Notes: generated by a model from the sequence alone, not told the origin. A DNA stretch of 64,000 bases from a virus (IMGVR_UViG_3300021363_000001:13622-77621); one strand, 5' to 3'. Counted from the first letter of the stretch, positions 19,001-29,114 are shown. Numbers and translations are program-made.

Positions 19001-21294
19001 CGCTGAAACGCAAAGCCGCCGAACTTTCTGCACGCGCTGCAGCGATATGGGATTCATATGTTCATGAACCAAAGTGGACTGACCTGCATCAAGCAATCGG
19101 TGAATACAGTTTACAAAAGCAGAAGAACGATAGGGAAGTAAAAGAGCTGATGGATGCTGCAAAAGCTAAAGTTCCATCACCAATCAAACGTGAGGCAATC
19201 TCCAACTGGATTGAAGCCGGCGGAGATATGGATGTGCTGCGTGAGCGTGCAAGAGTTGGGAGAGGGGGGCTTCGTGTTGCTGGCGATAAATCAAAAAACA
19301 AGACTGATAAATATCACAAAGGTTATGAAGCAGCCTTGCATCTCACTCCGCAAGAAATCCAGGTAGCTCAAGTGCTTAAAAAATATCTTGACGATATGTT
19401 CCGTCAGGGATTTCAGAACGGATTGATTCAAACGATGCTGGAAGATTACATCACTCACATTGGAGTGAAAGAAGACAACCCCGTTCTTGGTAAGCTACAG
19501 TATGATATTGCCAGCTGGAAGATCAACACTTCATTTCAGTATGCGCGCAAGCGTACTTTCGATACATTCTATGACCTAGAGCAAGCTGGTTATCGCGCTG
19601 TTAGTAAAGATTTTGCTGACATCATTGGCGTATACTCGCAGACATTCAATAAAGCTATCTATAGTCGCGCGTTTGTAAAGTCAATGACAAAAGGGAAGGC
19701 CAGTGATGGAAGACCCCTGGTGGCGCAAAGTGGAACAGGATCGCTTACTGATGCCAGTGATCAAAATCCAACGCAGACCATGATGGTAAATCCATTCACT
19801 AAGGGCGAAGAAATTTACGATTACAAAAGCATTAACCATCCTGCATTCCGTAACTGGTACTGGGCAACTAAGGGCCCGGATAAGACTAATGTATTTGCTA
19901 AAGGTGACCTGGTTGTGCATCCTGAGATATATAAACATTTGGATAATATTCTTGGCAAATCAACATTCAGGAATAACTGGGCCGGCAGAAACTTCATGGC
20001 CCTCTCAACCTTTACTAAGAAAACAATCTTCTCCCTCTCCCCTTTCTTCCACTATGTACAGGAAGGAACACACGCTGTTGGTCACACAATTAATCCTGGT
20101 AGCGTTGTAAAAATAGACTTCAACGATCCTGTTCAAAAGAAAGCCATTGAGCATGGGCTGATGTTATATGATTATAACGCAGCTCATAATTTCACTGAAG
20201 GACTCAGCGGTGGATCGCTTGGTAAAAAGATACCTATCTATAACAGCACTGTTATCCCGCTGCAGGAATTTCTTTTTCAGGATTACATACCACGGCTGAA
20301 GATGACTACATTCAAGCATGCCTTGGAGCGTAACATGGAGCGTAGCAAGGATGACTTAAAGAAAGGAAAAATCACAGAAGATCAGATATATGCAAAGACC
20401 GCTAGACAGATGAATGCCGCTTACGGCCATCTGAATTACGATCTTATTGGCCGCAACAAAACCACACAGGATTTATTTCGTGCCGTCTCACTGGCTCCGG
20501 ATTTCCTGGAAGCTCGTATACGATTTGTAGGACAAGCGCTTACACCACGCGGTGCTGAGCAGCGCAGGGCGTTACTTGTTCTTGCAGTGAGCATGTATGT
20601 AACGGCTCGTATACTGAATAAATTACTGGATGATGATTATCATTTCGATGAGCCATTCGCAGTAATCCATAACAAAAAGAAGTATCAACTGCGCAGTGTG
20701 CCTTCTGATATTTGGGAGATGATGAATGATTTTGGAAAGTTCGCATACCATCGTATTGCCCCGTACTCTGGAGTGCTACTTGAAGCTGTAACAAAATATG
20801 ACTTGGCCCGTGGCCAGGAAGTTACATATTCTGATGTTGCAAAAGATGCGGCTACAGCAATGCTGCCGAACCAGGTGAAAGAACTCTTCCCTGATAAATG
20901 GCAAAAGTTCCCGCATGATCAAAAACTATACACTGATCTTATTAATACCATGGGTATCAAGGAAAGCAAATACACTCCAGCTGAAAAGGTTGAAGCGTTT
21001 AAATTGCTTGACGAACTCAAGAGCATGGACATCGGCGATGAACATAAAAAAGCGATCCGTCAATTCAAGTCGCTGATCGAATCCGGGGACACTGCAGCTG
21101 CATATAAGATGTGGGAAGAGAATATTGCAAGTATCGTTGAGAAGATGAAAAAATTGCCACCAGACTTTTCATATAAGATTAAAAAATTAATCCCAAGATA
21201 TTATCCTGATGATGATCAGCCGCTGCTGCCATCTCCAGTACAGAGTCCAAAAGTTATTCCGGATGAAGAAAAGCGTAAACCAATACCAAGATGA
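16045..21294 (+). CDS. giant charged protein (1749 aa), putative tape-measure / ejection protein
   Basis: 5.2 kb ORF; extended K/E/A-rich helical regions plus a C-terminal globular part; position is typical for TMP or internal virion proteins. Confidence 0.55.
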   Translation: MANKKEQDDWVEVPVAKDTEDWVEVPIEQKKSSDGSAGTQSSATESSSPSAEIPEVTVDQNDNIAPADQLIKSDQTPYGLTQEDGKVTGVVDHRKEELDQLKKKTLDIFGGNPIFDNPRNRDIYYNALLKKYTPKEVDEIIGDDRWQSPGVTIGAIPAQPARRNPANGQVQMEDLSKAVPPLHRYLESVGGGIKHGIEGFKALPEVYEKEGLASAALQTIVATGTTALSAGAAVVPTLAGFTVATNEIINRHPEAAKAFTLFQDQLTKTYTDAGKEPPAWVKNTGEVVDFLWQAAVLGEAKYGYDKFVQKKNWTPKDINDLHDQTQPKNTPAVQKLIDEHSSLEKDVSNVPPEVQPMLQEQMAAVKEKITKKQDEATNTNVEQAATQAMVNTMEQAKASATTDAAKKVFDDKIKELKPETPQVKPEPTEKPKQDATEKVNQQESVQPERESGNVSGETEEASSSDSVQRAEEGKEKVTDTAVGGEPEHQSESKVEPPAVSIPSPEKIKAVAKKAKVSAEKKADGATLKEQKNNLLSQVGEVIGHAKGKSKNPLEKVMQDEASRKDAIAKIKKAGYQVSDDGIVTFDVKDDGTFKLNLDGLEHASEQIKKHFPTSQVHIPKIEGVRRSGAGKLKPDTSVLYTKTIPEAQRFYDDAKENLATAKNSGNKPLIDHFRNEAVRAKNHLEELQIEENVESEKAVVHTSEVPTSEKRFINVGNVDFEQVNGEPFKNDEGIDVFTHKDENGNLILTEGRTGMEIARGEDMKAVKKRYSEIVKKHGVDEMKVIISQSENRHGTSPRYAPVKEEKKEETKKEKAKSKVDDILDSLDQAKVDTKNKVFDAVLGIAAKTWNAAIEIIKAAIKGGAKLHEAIKKGLEYLRAEHGTFDEPLVKEKIKDVIKKKPSPESLGFMHEKHIVNAVNKYMRKNYSDYESIPRKEVADMLRRRKAASPEAKLEEQINEVTSKKQTLKEKFDAAIDLAKKIEIVDPLKRKAAELSARAAAIWDSYVHEPKWTDLHQAIGEYSLQKQKNDREVKELMDAAKAKVPSPIKREAISNWIEAGGDMDVLRERARVGRGGLRVAGDKSKNKTDKYHKGYEAALHLTPQEIQVAQVLKKYLDDMFRQGFQNGLIQTMLEDYITHIGVKEDNPVLGKLQYDIASWKINTSFQYARKRTFDTFYDLEQAGYRAVSKDFADIIGVYSQTFNKAIYSRAFVKSMTKGKASDGRPLVAQSGTGSLTDASDQNPTQTMMVNPFTKGEEIYDYKSINHPAFRNWYWATKGPDKTNVFAKGDLVVHPEIYKHLDNILGKSTFRNNWAGRNFMALSTFTKKTIFSLSPFFHYVQEGTHAVGHTINPGSVVKIDFNDPVQKKAIEHGLMLYDYNAAHNFTEGLSGGSLGKKIPIYNSTVIPLQEFLFQDYIPRLKMTTFKHALERNMERSKDDLKKGKITEDQIYAKTARQMNAAYGHLNYDLIGRNKTTQDLFRAVSLAPDFLEARIRFVGQALTPRGAEQRRALLVLAVSMYVTARILNKLLDDDYHFDEPFAVIHNKKKYQLRSVPSDIWEMMNDFGKFAYHRIAPYSGVLLEAVTKYDLARGQEVTYSDVAKDAATAMLPNQVKELFPDKWQKFPHDQKLYTDLINTMGIKESKYTPAEKVEAFKLLDELKSMDIGDEHKKAIRQFKSLIESGDTAAAYKMWEENIASIVEKMKKLPPDFSYKIKKLIPRYYPDDDQPLLPSPVQSPKVIPDEEKRKPIPR

Positions 21295-21521
21295 ATAAAG
21301 CATATTTAAACGGCAATCCTGGCCGCGAAGCATTTAAAGAGGTAAGTATCACCGGAACCGTAGGAGACGCGATTTATCATGCTCCTGTGGCTTTTGAGTG
21401 CATGTTCTGTGGTGATCAGCATACAATGGATCAAATTGCCAATCCAAGCCTGCCTGCATGCAAGGGGTGCATAACAATAATTCGTAAAATCATACAAGAC
21501 AAAAAAGATGGGATATTATGA
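21291..21521 (+). CDS. small Cys-rich protein
   Basis: ORF 76 aa with CxxC...CxxC. Confidence 0.3.
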   Translation: MNKAYLNGNPGREAFKEVSITGTVGDAIYHAPVAFECMFCGDQHTMDQIANPSLPACKGCITIIRKIIQDKKDGIL

Positions 21522-21780
21522 GAACAAGGTGATCAACGCACCTGAATCAAAAAAGAAAATTAAGGGTAAGCCATATCATGGGGTGCACATCAGCTCAACA
21601 AAAAAGAATCCAGTGAACGCGATGACCAACCATCCGATATTCTCACCACTTGACATCACTAAGAAAACAACCAGTGAGCAGATGGCAGACTACATCATGT
21701 CACTCCCACGGTGGCAGGAGATGCATGTAGTAGTGACAGAGAAGCTGGAGCAGTGGCGAAAGTTACAGGCTAAGGCTTGA
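21508..21780 (+). CDS. hypothetical small protein
   Basis: ORF 90 aa overlapping start of previous. Confidence 0.3.
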   Translation: MGYYENKVINAPESKKKIKGKPYHGVHISSTKKNPVNAMTNHPIFSPLDITKKTTSEQMADYIMSLPRWQEMHVVVTEKLEQWRKLQAKA

Positions 21781-22543
21781 TCTGATGCTGGTATTTGCTT
21801 ACGAATACGAAAGCTCCATCAAGAATGATGTAATCTTTCATATCCTGTGTTGCAAGCCGATTAAATGAGTCCTGGACAAGCGGCAGCGCTGCTGACCAGG
21901 AGTGCGTCTTGTAAAAGTCAAAACCAAAAGATGGTTCGCAGGAAGTAAGCAGTGACACTTCAACGATCTTACCGATTGTTTTGGCCTGTGCTGTGATGCC
22001 AATCAAACGGTCATTGCCGGCTTTGGTGATGTAGTTCCACATATCATCGGTGGTTAGCATCTGGGCTGTGGTGCGGTAAGCATGCAAAAGGAATCCATCA
22101 GAATAAGGAACGGAGATGTCGTAATTATAATTCCACCCCTCATAAATCAACGACTTGATACTGGCGTTTTTAAATTTAGGGTATGCGTCTTTCACCCATT
22201 GCCGGTACTGAGCAATGGTGCAGTTATTATTAGCGTACTCTGCTTCCAGCTCAGAGGTAGCGAAGTTTATTTTCTTGCGCACATCCATCTGGCGTGAGTT
22301 GTAAGCAATGATCGAATCAACCTGCGCTGGCGAACTCCAGGCAATACCAATCTTAATTTTCTTTAAGTAGCACTGCAGAACAGCGTTTGGAAAATCAACA
22401 CTGTTCATTTTCGATTCACTGCAATACAGCGATACATAATCCCATCCAGATGGATTGGTTTTGTTTTTACTCATCCAGGCAATCTCAGCTGTTGAGCTGG
22501 ACAGCACATCGTCCAGGGAATTATTGTAGCTTCCGTTAGGCAT
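21770..22543 (-). CDS. hypothetical protein downstream of portal
   Basis: ORF 257 aa, start codon overlaps portal stop. Confidence 0.45.
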   Translation of the reverse strand: MPNGSYNNSLDDVLSSSTAEIAWMSKNKTNPSGWDYVSLYCSESKMNSVDFPNAVLQCYLKKIKIGIAWSSPAQVDSIIAYNSRQMDVRKKINFATSELEAEYANNNCTIAQYRQWVKDAYPKFKNASIKSLIYEGWNYNYDISVPYSDGFLLHAYRTTAQMLTTDDMWNYITKAGNDRLIGITAQAKTIGKIVEVSLLTSCEPSFGFDFYKTHSWSAALPLVQDSFNRLATQDMKDYIILDGAFVFVSKYQHQIKP

Positions 22544-24828
22544 TATTCAGTTGGTTTTTGATTTTCTAATTGTTTAGCATTAAGAATGTGATCAGAGGCA
22601 ATCTGCATTGTCTTTAATTTCTCAGCGTTCTGCAGCGACTGAGCTTGCCTTTGGTTCTGTCCCTGTTCACGGATGAGCGCCTGAATCTGCTGGGCCATCT
22701 GTGTATTCTGCTGTGATAGCTGATCCAGCTGGGCAAGCATTGCCTGTTCGTGTTCGTTCTCTGCTGCCTTTTTCTTAGTGGAATATTTCAGCGTGCGCTT
22801 CAGGTCAGGCATCGTGGTAGCTAATTCAACATCTATATAATCCGGCAGATCAATACCACCCTGCTGGCTCAGGCGGTCAGCGATATTCAATAGGCGCATG
22901 CGCTGCTCTGAGGTAATGAAAGGTGCTACCTTTACAATAGCAAGAGGATTTGAATAGCGTAGCTTCTTTGAGAGCTTTAAGAATTCCACACCGCGCTTTC
23001 CTAAAATTGTTTGCGGGAAATCACTCTCATCTTCAGTATAGAGATACTTAGCAATATCAGTAGCATATTGGATGTTGTGTTGGATGAAGTTGATGTATTG
23101 AGAATACATGGTTGAGTTTCCGCTGCCCTGCTGCACAGCGTTTTGCATCACACCCATGCCCATATATTTCTGAACATTGTCATTACCAAGAGACGTCAAC
23201 GAAACCTTGGCTACTTCCAGCATTTCTTGATTTATGATATTCAATATTTCCTGCAGCCGAAGTACATTCGGATCAAGAGTCATATCCACTTGTTCGATTA
23301 CATTGCCTTCATCGTTGTTCCAGGTCTCAGCCTCGCCACTGTGAGTGAGTACGTGGAATCCTAAAGTAGCCAGGTCATGATCAATTTCTTTTTGGTTGGC
23401 GTTATTGCCAAACTTCCATCCCTTGATGAAATAAGTTTTTCCTTTTGACTTGCCGATCATTTCACGCATCTTAAAACGGATGGCATCATATTCGTCACTG
23501 AGAGCACTCATGCGAGAGGTAACCGAACGAGCCTCGCCATTTAACATATTCGGCAGATACACCTGGATCGGAAGGCGAATCTTACTCTTATCATAAAAAT
23601 CTTCTACCACGTTGTCACAGTATCCGGCCTGGGTTAAGAACCGGTTGCCGATTAATGTTCCCTGGCAGATGTCTTCAATGCCACGGTCTGAGGACTCATC
23701 ACCATTTACCTTACGCAGTTTCACCTGGCCGTAATCATTGATCTCCTCGATACGAGGTGCCGGACGATATGTACGCCAGTATGCAGTCACGCATGCGGCA
23801 ACACCTCTCTGCTGCGCTCCACCATAATACCACCAGCTCATATTACTCATCGTGTTATACGGCACTGTGATGGAAGACTCCTTGGCCATTTCTTCAATCT
23901 CGTCTTTGAATTGAAGCATGTCAGGCCACATGGTGAAAATCTGATTGGGAGTGTAGTACTTAATCGTACCAACGAATTGCGCATAGCGATTGAACTCATC
24001 GTCTTTGCGGATGTCAACAATGAGTTCATAAGGCATCCAGAGATTAAATTTCTGCTTACCCTGCACAACAGTGTGTTCTATACCGCAGCGTCCTGCGGTT
24101 ACCGCATGAATAAAAGCCTGTAGATATTTATCTTCCAATCCATAACAAAGCCACAGGTGACGTGCGATGCGAATGAGATTGTCGGCTTCTTGATCTTTAT
24201 ATCCCTCTTCCATCCAGTACTTGATGTCATCGGCCATCTCAAAATTCTTTCCATCGGAGGAGTCAATGATAGCGCCTTGTGCTGCCAGGGCCTGGAGCTG
24301 ATCTTTTAGTTCATACTGGATCATTAATTTATCCAGCATCATTTTCTTTTCACTCTGCGCATCATCGGTTAAGTTCTCCATGTCGAAATCAATGTTTGCG
24401 ATCATCTGAGAAACCACATCTTTCATTACATTGATGATGGAATATATCTTCTGGCTCCTGATCCATGAAGGCATCAGGTTGGTGGTGGTTACATTTTTTG
24501 TCAGGTGATTGTAATCCAGGTTGGGCTGATACCCGTTGTAATAGCTCATCATGCGGATCATCTGGCGCACCGGTGTTTCATATGGTGTGCCAAACTGCAT
24601 TCCTGATGGAGCGCTGGTGTTGCTGCCTTGTGTTGACAGGTTTGCTGAGGTACCGAAATTTCCCGATGTTACCGTTGTATACCACTGATCGTAAAAAGAA
24701 CAACAGTATTTTATGTTGTCAACGTACCACTTGGCGTCCCGTAAGCTCTCTGGCGCTGCGGGATCAGGCTGGTTATATACACGTCCCTGTTCATCAGGCT
24801 GGATACGATGAACTGAATTTTTATTCAT
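22543..24828 (-). CDS. putative portal protein (761 aa)
   Basis: Size, position next to the terminase operon, Q-rich C-terminal coiled-coil typical of portal barrels; no motif proof. Confidence 0.45.
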   Translation of the reverse strand: MNKNSVHRIQPDEQGRVYNQPDPAAPESLRDAKWYVDNIKYCCSFYDQWYTTVTSGNFGTSANLSTQGSNTSAPSGMQFGTPYETPVRQMIRMMSYYNGYQPNLDYNHLTKNVTTTNLMPSWIRSQKIYSIINVMKDVVSQMIANIDFDMENLTDDAQSEKKMMLDKLMIQYELKDQLQALAAQGAIIDSSDGKNFEMADDIKYWMEEGYKDQEADNLIRIARHLWLCYGLEDKYLQAFIHAVTAGRCGIEHTVVQGKQKFNLWMPYELIVDIRKDDEFNRYAQFVGTIKYYTPNQIFTMWPDMLQFKDEIEEMAKESSITVPYNTMSNMSWWYYGGAQQRGVAACVTAYWRTYRPAPRIEEINDYGQVKLRKVNGDESSDRGIEDICQGTLIGNRFLTQAGYCDNVVEDFYDKSKIRLPIQVYLPNMLNGEARSVTSRMSALSDEYDAIRFKMREMIGKSKGKTYFIKGWKFGNNANQKEIDHDLATLGFHVLTHSGEAETWNNDEGNVIEQVDMTLDPNVLRLQEILNIINQEMLEVAKVSLTSLGNDNVQKYMGMGVMQNAVQQGSGNSTMYSQYINFIQHNIQYATDIAKYLYTEDESDFPQTILGKRGVEFLKLSKKLRYSNPLAIVKVAPFITSEQRMRLLNIADRLSQQGGIDLPDYIDVELATTMPDLKRTLKYSTKKKAAENEHEQAMLAQLDQLSQQNTQMAQQIQALIREQGQNQRQAQSLQNAEKLKTMQIASDHILNAKQLENQKPTE

Positions 24829-25031
24829 GTTTTTTATTTTTTTGCTGTGCTATGCGAATGGCTTCTGCTTTGCTGGATGCCTTAACAAAATATTGAACAA
24901 ACCCTTTCTTGATGCGGGATAGCAAGCGCACGCGATAAATTTTCACAGTACATGCAAACCTAATTGTATCGCGTATGATAATCTATTATAAACGATACAA
25001 GTTTTGAACAGATTTGCATTTAAGGATATAA

Positions 25032-25541
25032 TTGATTTATATTTGCAGTATGCTACAGATCATTAAAGAATACAAAAACCTGGACAAGGCTCAGCTTTTT
25101 GGCCCAGGGCCATGGGTGAAGGAGGCTGATAAAATTCAGATGCTTCAGGTTGAAACGGATTTTGATTGTTTGATAGTTCGACATCCGCATAGTGGCCATT
25201 TGTGTGGATACGTTGGAGTTCCAGAGACGCATCCTTATTTTAAAAAAGGATATGATGAAATAGGGGTTGAGGTTCATGGCGGATTGACATTTGCCAATCT
25301 TTGTGCTCCGCATGGAAAAGAAGAAGAGAGCGTTTGTCATGTTCCGCTACCAGGCAGAAGCGACCAGGTTTGGTGGCTTGGATTTGACTGCGCTCATGCT
25401 GGAGATAAATCACCTATAGATAAAAAATATGGCTTTGATTATTCTCATGTATACCAGACCTATAAAACCATTGACTATGTAAAGGAAGAGATTGAGAAGT
25501 TGGCGCTTCAATTAAAAAAGATTTCGCAGCATGGAAACTGA
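25032..25541 (+). CDS. hypothetical His/Cys-rich conserved phage protein
   Basis: ORF 169 aa with HPHSGH...VHGGLTF...GFDCAHAGD pattern. Confidence 0.4.
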   Translation: MIYICSMLQIIKEYKNLDKAQLFGPGPWVKEADKIQMLQVETDFDCLIVRHPHSGHLCGYVGVPETHPYFKKGYDEIGVEVHGGLTFANLCAPHGKEEESVCHVPLPGRSDQVWWLGFDCAHAGDKSPIDKKYGFDYSHVYQTYKTIDYVKEEIEKLALQLKKISQHGN

Positions 25542-25740
25542 AAAAGAATTAAGGGAACAGCTTGACGCAGTTACAGCTGAGGCTTTCGTTAAGATGAAAG
25601 AAATTCAAGAGGCTCAAGGCCGACTGTTACTGAAGGCAAATAAACTTGAAAAACGTTTTGTCAATGAGATGTTTTTGACTGTGATTGCTATTGCAGGATG
25701 GGCTGCATTTTTCTTTGAGTTTTTTACTCAACATAAATGA
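25531..25740 (+). CDS. hypothetical small protein with C-terminal TM segment
   Basis: ORF 69 aa. Confidence 0.3.
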   Translation: METEKELREQLDAVTAEAFVKMKEIQEAQGRLLLKANKLEKRFVNEMFLTVIAIAGWAAFFFEFFTQHK

Positions 25741-26021
25741 AAGAAGAAATCAATATCATCTGTAGGCGCGTAGTGGATTCGGTGCATGTTATTTCTGGGT
25801 CAATAAAACTTAAATGTAAGTATTGCGGGGAGCCTGTATACATGGCTCCTACTTCAGTTGATCTTGTTGCCAATAAAAATTATACCGTGCAATGCGATGT
25901 GTGTATTTTCGATGGAGACATTTTTGAAATAATTATTAAATCAGAACCTTTGACGCCTGAACAAATTAAAGAGCTGAAGAAGACGATTTTTCAAGACAAC
26001 ATGAAGGAAAGAAGGAATTAA
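25737..26021 (+). CDS. small zinc-ribbon protein
   Basis: CKYCGE...CDVC. Confidence 0.35.
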   Translation: MKEEINIICRRVVDSVHVISGSIKLKCKYCGEPVYMAPTSVDLVANKNYTVQCDVCIFDGDIFEIIIKSEPLTPEQIKELKKTIFQDNMKERRN

Positions 26022-27985
26022 ACTCTTATCTGCTCCCAAACTTCTTCTGTTCCGTTCGGCCCCATCTTCAGTCCCATCTTCACCCAGCGCATCTGCTGAC
26101 GCACGGTAGGCGCTACGGTGCGCTTCTCAAAATCACCCATTGTAAACAGGGCTGCTAAAAATGAATCGGCAAAGTCTTCATTGGCTTTGCCATAGTCAAT
26201 GAGTGAATCAATCAGTTCTAAAAAAGGAATATTTGCACAGTACTTACGCAAATACCGATTGGCTAGTAGTAGCTGCAGCTCCTTCACTCCATCATTACGA
26301 TAGAACCAAAATTCTGATTTACTGTCATCAGGATTTGTAACTCCAACAATTTTTGGTTTGCGCATCAACAAATTTTTGGCACCCCTGTTAATAAAGTATG
26401 AGATCACAGCCATGCCCTGGCCAACGTTGCGCTCTCCTCCTATTTTGAGCTTCCCAAACTTACCATACCACTTGCATAGCAAGAGAGTAATCATGTATGC
26501 ATCTTCCATCTTATTGGGACGAAACTTAAAGTATGCAACAGGAGTGAACTCGCAGTTGCTTCCTGAGTCAGCGCCTTTGATAACGGTCACAGAGACAGAC
26601 GATCCCTTTTCGGCTCCAGTTTCTTTATCGCTTCCGGCACCGTCAAAGCCAGCGAAGTACTGCACGTTAGCTTTTGGTTCTTCAAAGACGCATACAGCCA
26701 GCGGGTCATCTTTCTTTGCTGTGTATTCAATGTTGCCATGCATCTCATATAGGCGAACACGTTTGATCGGAAGATCACTATTGGTCAAAAGTTTTCTGCA
26801 TGCGCCAAGTAGTTCTCGCACGTCTGATTCGAATATATCTCCGGCAACAATATCAAATGCCTCTTCAACCGTATATGGGAATTGACGTTTGAGTTGGGAC
26901 AGTTTATCTTTTGATGCGCCAGCCCTGGCGTTGTCCAAAAATATTTTTGCCAACGGAACACCTTCTTCATTGACCATATCCATTCCGTATTCATCAATGA
27001 ATCCTTCATATCCCATCCATCCTGGATTGAAGTGACGGTATAATCCAGATTCAGTTCTTCCGTTTGCATCCTTCTTATTGAAATCACTTTGCTCCCATAG
27101 CGTCAAATATGCGCGGCCTCCTTTGAGCTTCATGTTTTCAAGAGTAGTGGGCAGAGACGCCTTTCCCCATATCTTACGTCCAAGTGAAATTTGCATTTTG
27201 TGGGTTTGCCACCACATTTGCAAATCCATGTCTTTGATGGAACCTGCTTCATCCAAATAAACAATATCCATTCTGCGTCCCTGGTATCCTGATTCGCTTG
27301 TCTCTTCAAAATCAATAAATGAATTCAACGCTTTCCTATTTCGTGTCTTGCCAAGTTTTTTACTACGAGTAGTGGGCTCAAAAAACATCAAAGCAGATTT
27401 CGGATCACGATTACCATCATACACTGGAAGAATTTCTTGTGGCATGTGACGGAACGAACGAACTATACGCTGAGTAAATAAATTGTCCTTAGCGTCTTTA
27501 GTACTTATGCTCTGAAGCCCTGCATGGAAATCTTCAGTCATGGATGTGTGATTATATATCCATGAAAGCCTCTTTTCAGTTTTTCCGTTTCTCTTCATCG
27601 TTAGATACATATCTCCATAACAGTTTGGATCATTCCAACAATAATCCATGAAGTAAAAATCTGAAAGGTCGGATTGGCGAAACTGCGGATACCCATCATC
27701 GGTATCAGCGGCGATGTACCACCACTGAAGATAAAACCAATGGTCACCGGTGAGGTAAATTTTTTTCCCGTTATTAAAAAACCATACACCAGTTCTTCTT
27801 TTACGAATATCTTCCTTTATATAATTTACTTGCTGTTGCTCGGTTAAAATGTCCCAGTTTTTTGGAAATGGAGTCCGGTGCCACATCTGCTGCTTCTGTG
27901 GCTTATCAAAAAAAAGACATTCATTGTCTGGTGGCTCTACAGGAAGCTCATACAGAATATCGTCAATGGCTATTTTCTTGTTCAT
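26018..27985 (-). CDS. terL: terminase large subunit
   Basis: Walker A-like KRNGKTE, Walker B VYLDEAG, C-terminal RNaseH-like nuclease segment FAGFDGAGSD; 655 aa. Confidence 0.75.
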   Translation of the reverse strand: MNKKIAIDDILYELPVEPPDNECLFFDKPQKQQMWHRTPFPKNWDILTEQQQVNYIKEDIRKRRTGVWFFNNGKKIYLTGDHWFYLQWWYIAADTDDGYPQFRQSDLSDFYFMDYCWNDPNCYGDMYLTMKRNGKTEKRLSWIYNHTSMTEDFHAGLQSISTKDAKDNLFTQRIVRSFRHMPQEILPVYDGNRDPKSALMFFEPTTRSKKLGKTRNRKALNSFIDFEETSESGYQGRRMDIVYLDEAGSIKDMDLQMWWQTHKMQISLGRKIWGKASLPTTLENMKLKGGRAYLTLWEQSDFNKKDANGRTESGLYRHFNPGWMGYEGFIDEYGMDMVNEEGVPLAKIFLDNARAGASKDKLSQLKRQFPYTVEEAFDIVAGDIFESDVRELLGACRKLLTNSDLPIKRVRLYEMHGNIEYTAKKDDPLAVCVFEEPKANVQYFAGFDGAGSDKETGAEKGSSVSVTVIKGADSGSNCEFTPVAYFKFRPNKMEDAYMITLLLCKWYGKFGKLKIGGERNVGQGMAVISYFINRGAKNLLMRKPKIVGVTNPDDSKSEFWFYRNDGVKELQLLLANRYLRKYCANIPFLELIDSLIDYGKANEDFADSFLAALFTMGDFEKRTVAPTVRQQMRWVKMGLKMGPNGTEEVWEQIRV

Positions 27986-28340
27986 CTTCTGAATCAGCTT
28001 CCTGGAGCGCTCTTTCGAAAATATCCCTTACCACGGCATTTGCCTTGTCAATCTGATCGGGAGTTAGTTTGCTCCGGAAATATTCTAACTTATCATAGAA
28101 TACATTTATCTCATTGAAATATTTATGTGTACGATCAAACGCCTTGTCATCCTTGTCGCTGGTCAGGCGTATGCGTGAGTCCTGAAGTTCTTGATTCCAT
28201 TTATCAATAGTTGACTTCAGTGTTATGTATCCTTCATAATATGGAGACTCTTTAACAGAGGTTATAAATGCATATGCATATCCAGCGCATTCATGACGTG
28301 ATGCCAGCTTCTTGAGTGCGATTAATTGTTCATCAGTCAT
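27963..28340 (-). CDS. hypothetical protein (possible terminase small subunit by position)
   Basis: 125 aa ORF immediately upstream of and overlapping terL. Confidence 0.3.
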   Translation of the reverse strand: MTDEQLIALKKLASRHECAGYAYAFITSVKESPYYEGYITLKSTIDKWNQELQDSRIRLTSDKDDKAFDRTHKYFNEINVFYDKLEYFRSKLTPDQIDKANAVVRDIFERALQEADSEDEQENSH

Positions 28341-28695
28341 TGAGCCACCAGGAAATTATTTTTGCATTAATAGGAATGCCATATTCTTTATCTGGATACA
28401 CAATAGTAAACTCAAGTCCGCTATTCATAAACAGAGTTGTTTGATATGTGTCTTTGCGATCACTGTATCCAAAATCTACATATGAAATGTCAGAACGCTT
28501 CAGGTAAGATTGAGTATCATACATCCTCTCTACTGTCATTCCCAACTTCTCGTCCTCTGTTTCTATAACACAGCAGGTTTGATAAATCATGTAGTTGGTA
28601 AATAGTTGCATCTTTTCATCTACCCCGGAGATGTACTTCATCCCGTTGTAGCCAGTTAAAGGGAGTGTGAATGCTTCGATGAATTCATTCATCAT
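28333..28695 (-). CDS. hypothetical protein
   Basis: ORF 120 aa. Confidence 0.35.
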   Translation of the reverse strand: MMNEFIEAFTLPLTGYNGMKYISGVDEKMQLFTNYMIYQTCCVIETEDEKLGMTVERMYDTQSYLKRSDISYVDFGYSDRKDTYQTTLFMNSGLEFTIVYPDKEYGIPINAKIISWWLND

Positions 28696-29114
28696 TACCA
28701 GGCTATGATTTCAATTTTGGTTTCCATCACCTCATTGATCTTCTGCTGATATTCTTCTAGCGTTTTTCCTGGCAGAAGACATGGCATGGATTGCTTCTGT
28801 GGTTTATCATCAGGGCCAATGCCGTCCACTTCTTGGAATTTCACGCGCCCCTGTTCATATTGAAAATAGTCTTTCATCATCTTCTCCCCGAACTCAATGA
28901 TGCTTTTGATGCGCTCATTATTCTCATTGTAGAAAGATTCAACTTTTGACTTCAAACAGGCGTCCCGAAAGGACTTGCTTGGAATAATGCTTTGCTGGAT
29001 TTCGTAGTGCCAGTCAATGAGCTGGGACTGTGGAATGGTGACTTTCATGTAGTGGTTGTTTAAAAGTATTGGCCGAAAGTAATAAGATTTGTACCGCTTA
29101 TGACAATCTATCAT
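28695..29114 (-). CDS. hypothetical protein
   Basis: ORF 139 aa. Confidence 0.35.
   Translation of the reverse strand: MIDCHKRYKSYYFRPILLNNHYMKVTIPQSQLIDWHYEIQQSIIPSKSFRDACLKSKVESFYNENNERIKSIIEFGEKMMKDYFQYEQGRVKFQEVDGIGPDDKPQKQSMPCLLPGKTLEEYQQKINEVMETKIEIIAW

Noticed and set aside
17043-19366. Stack of minus-strand ORFs (17043-19301) antisense to the 1749-aa gene
   Set aside because: Low-complexity Ser/Phe/Cys-rich translations of the antisense of a K/E-rich coding region; no independent signals.
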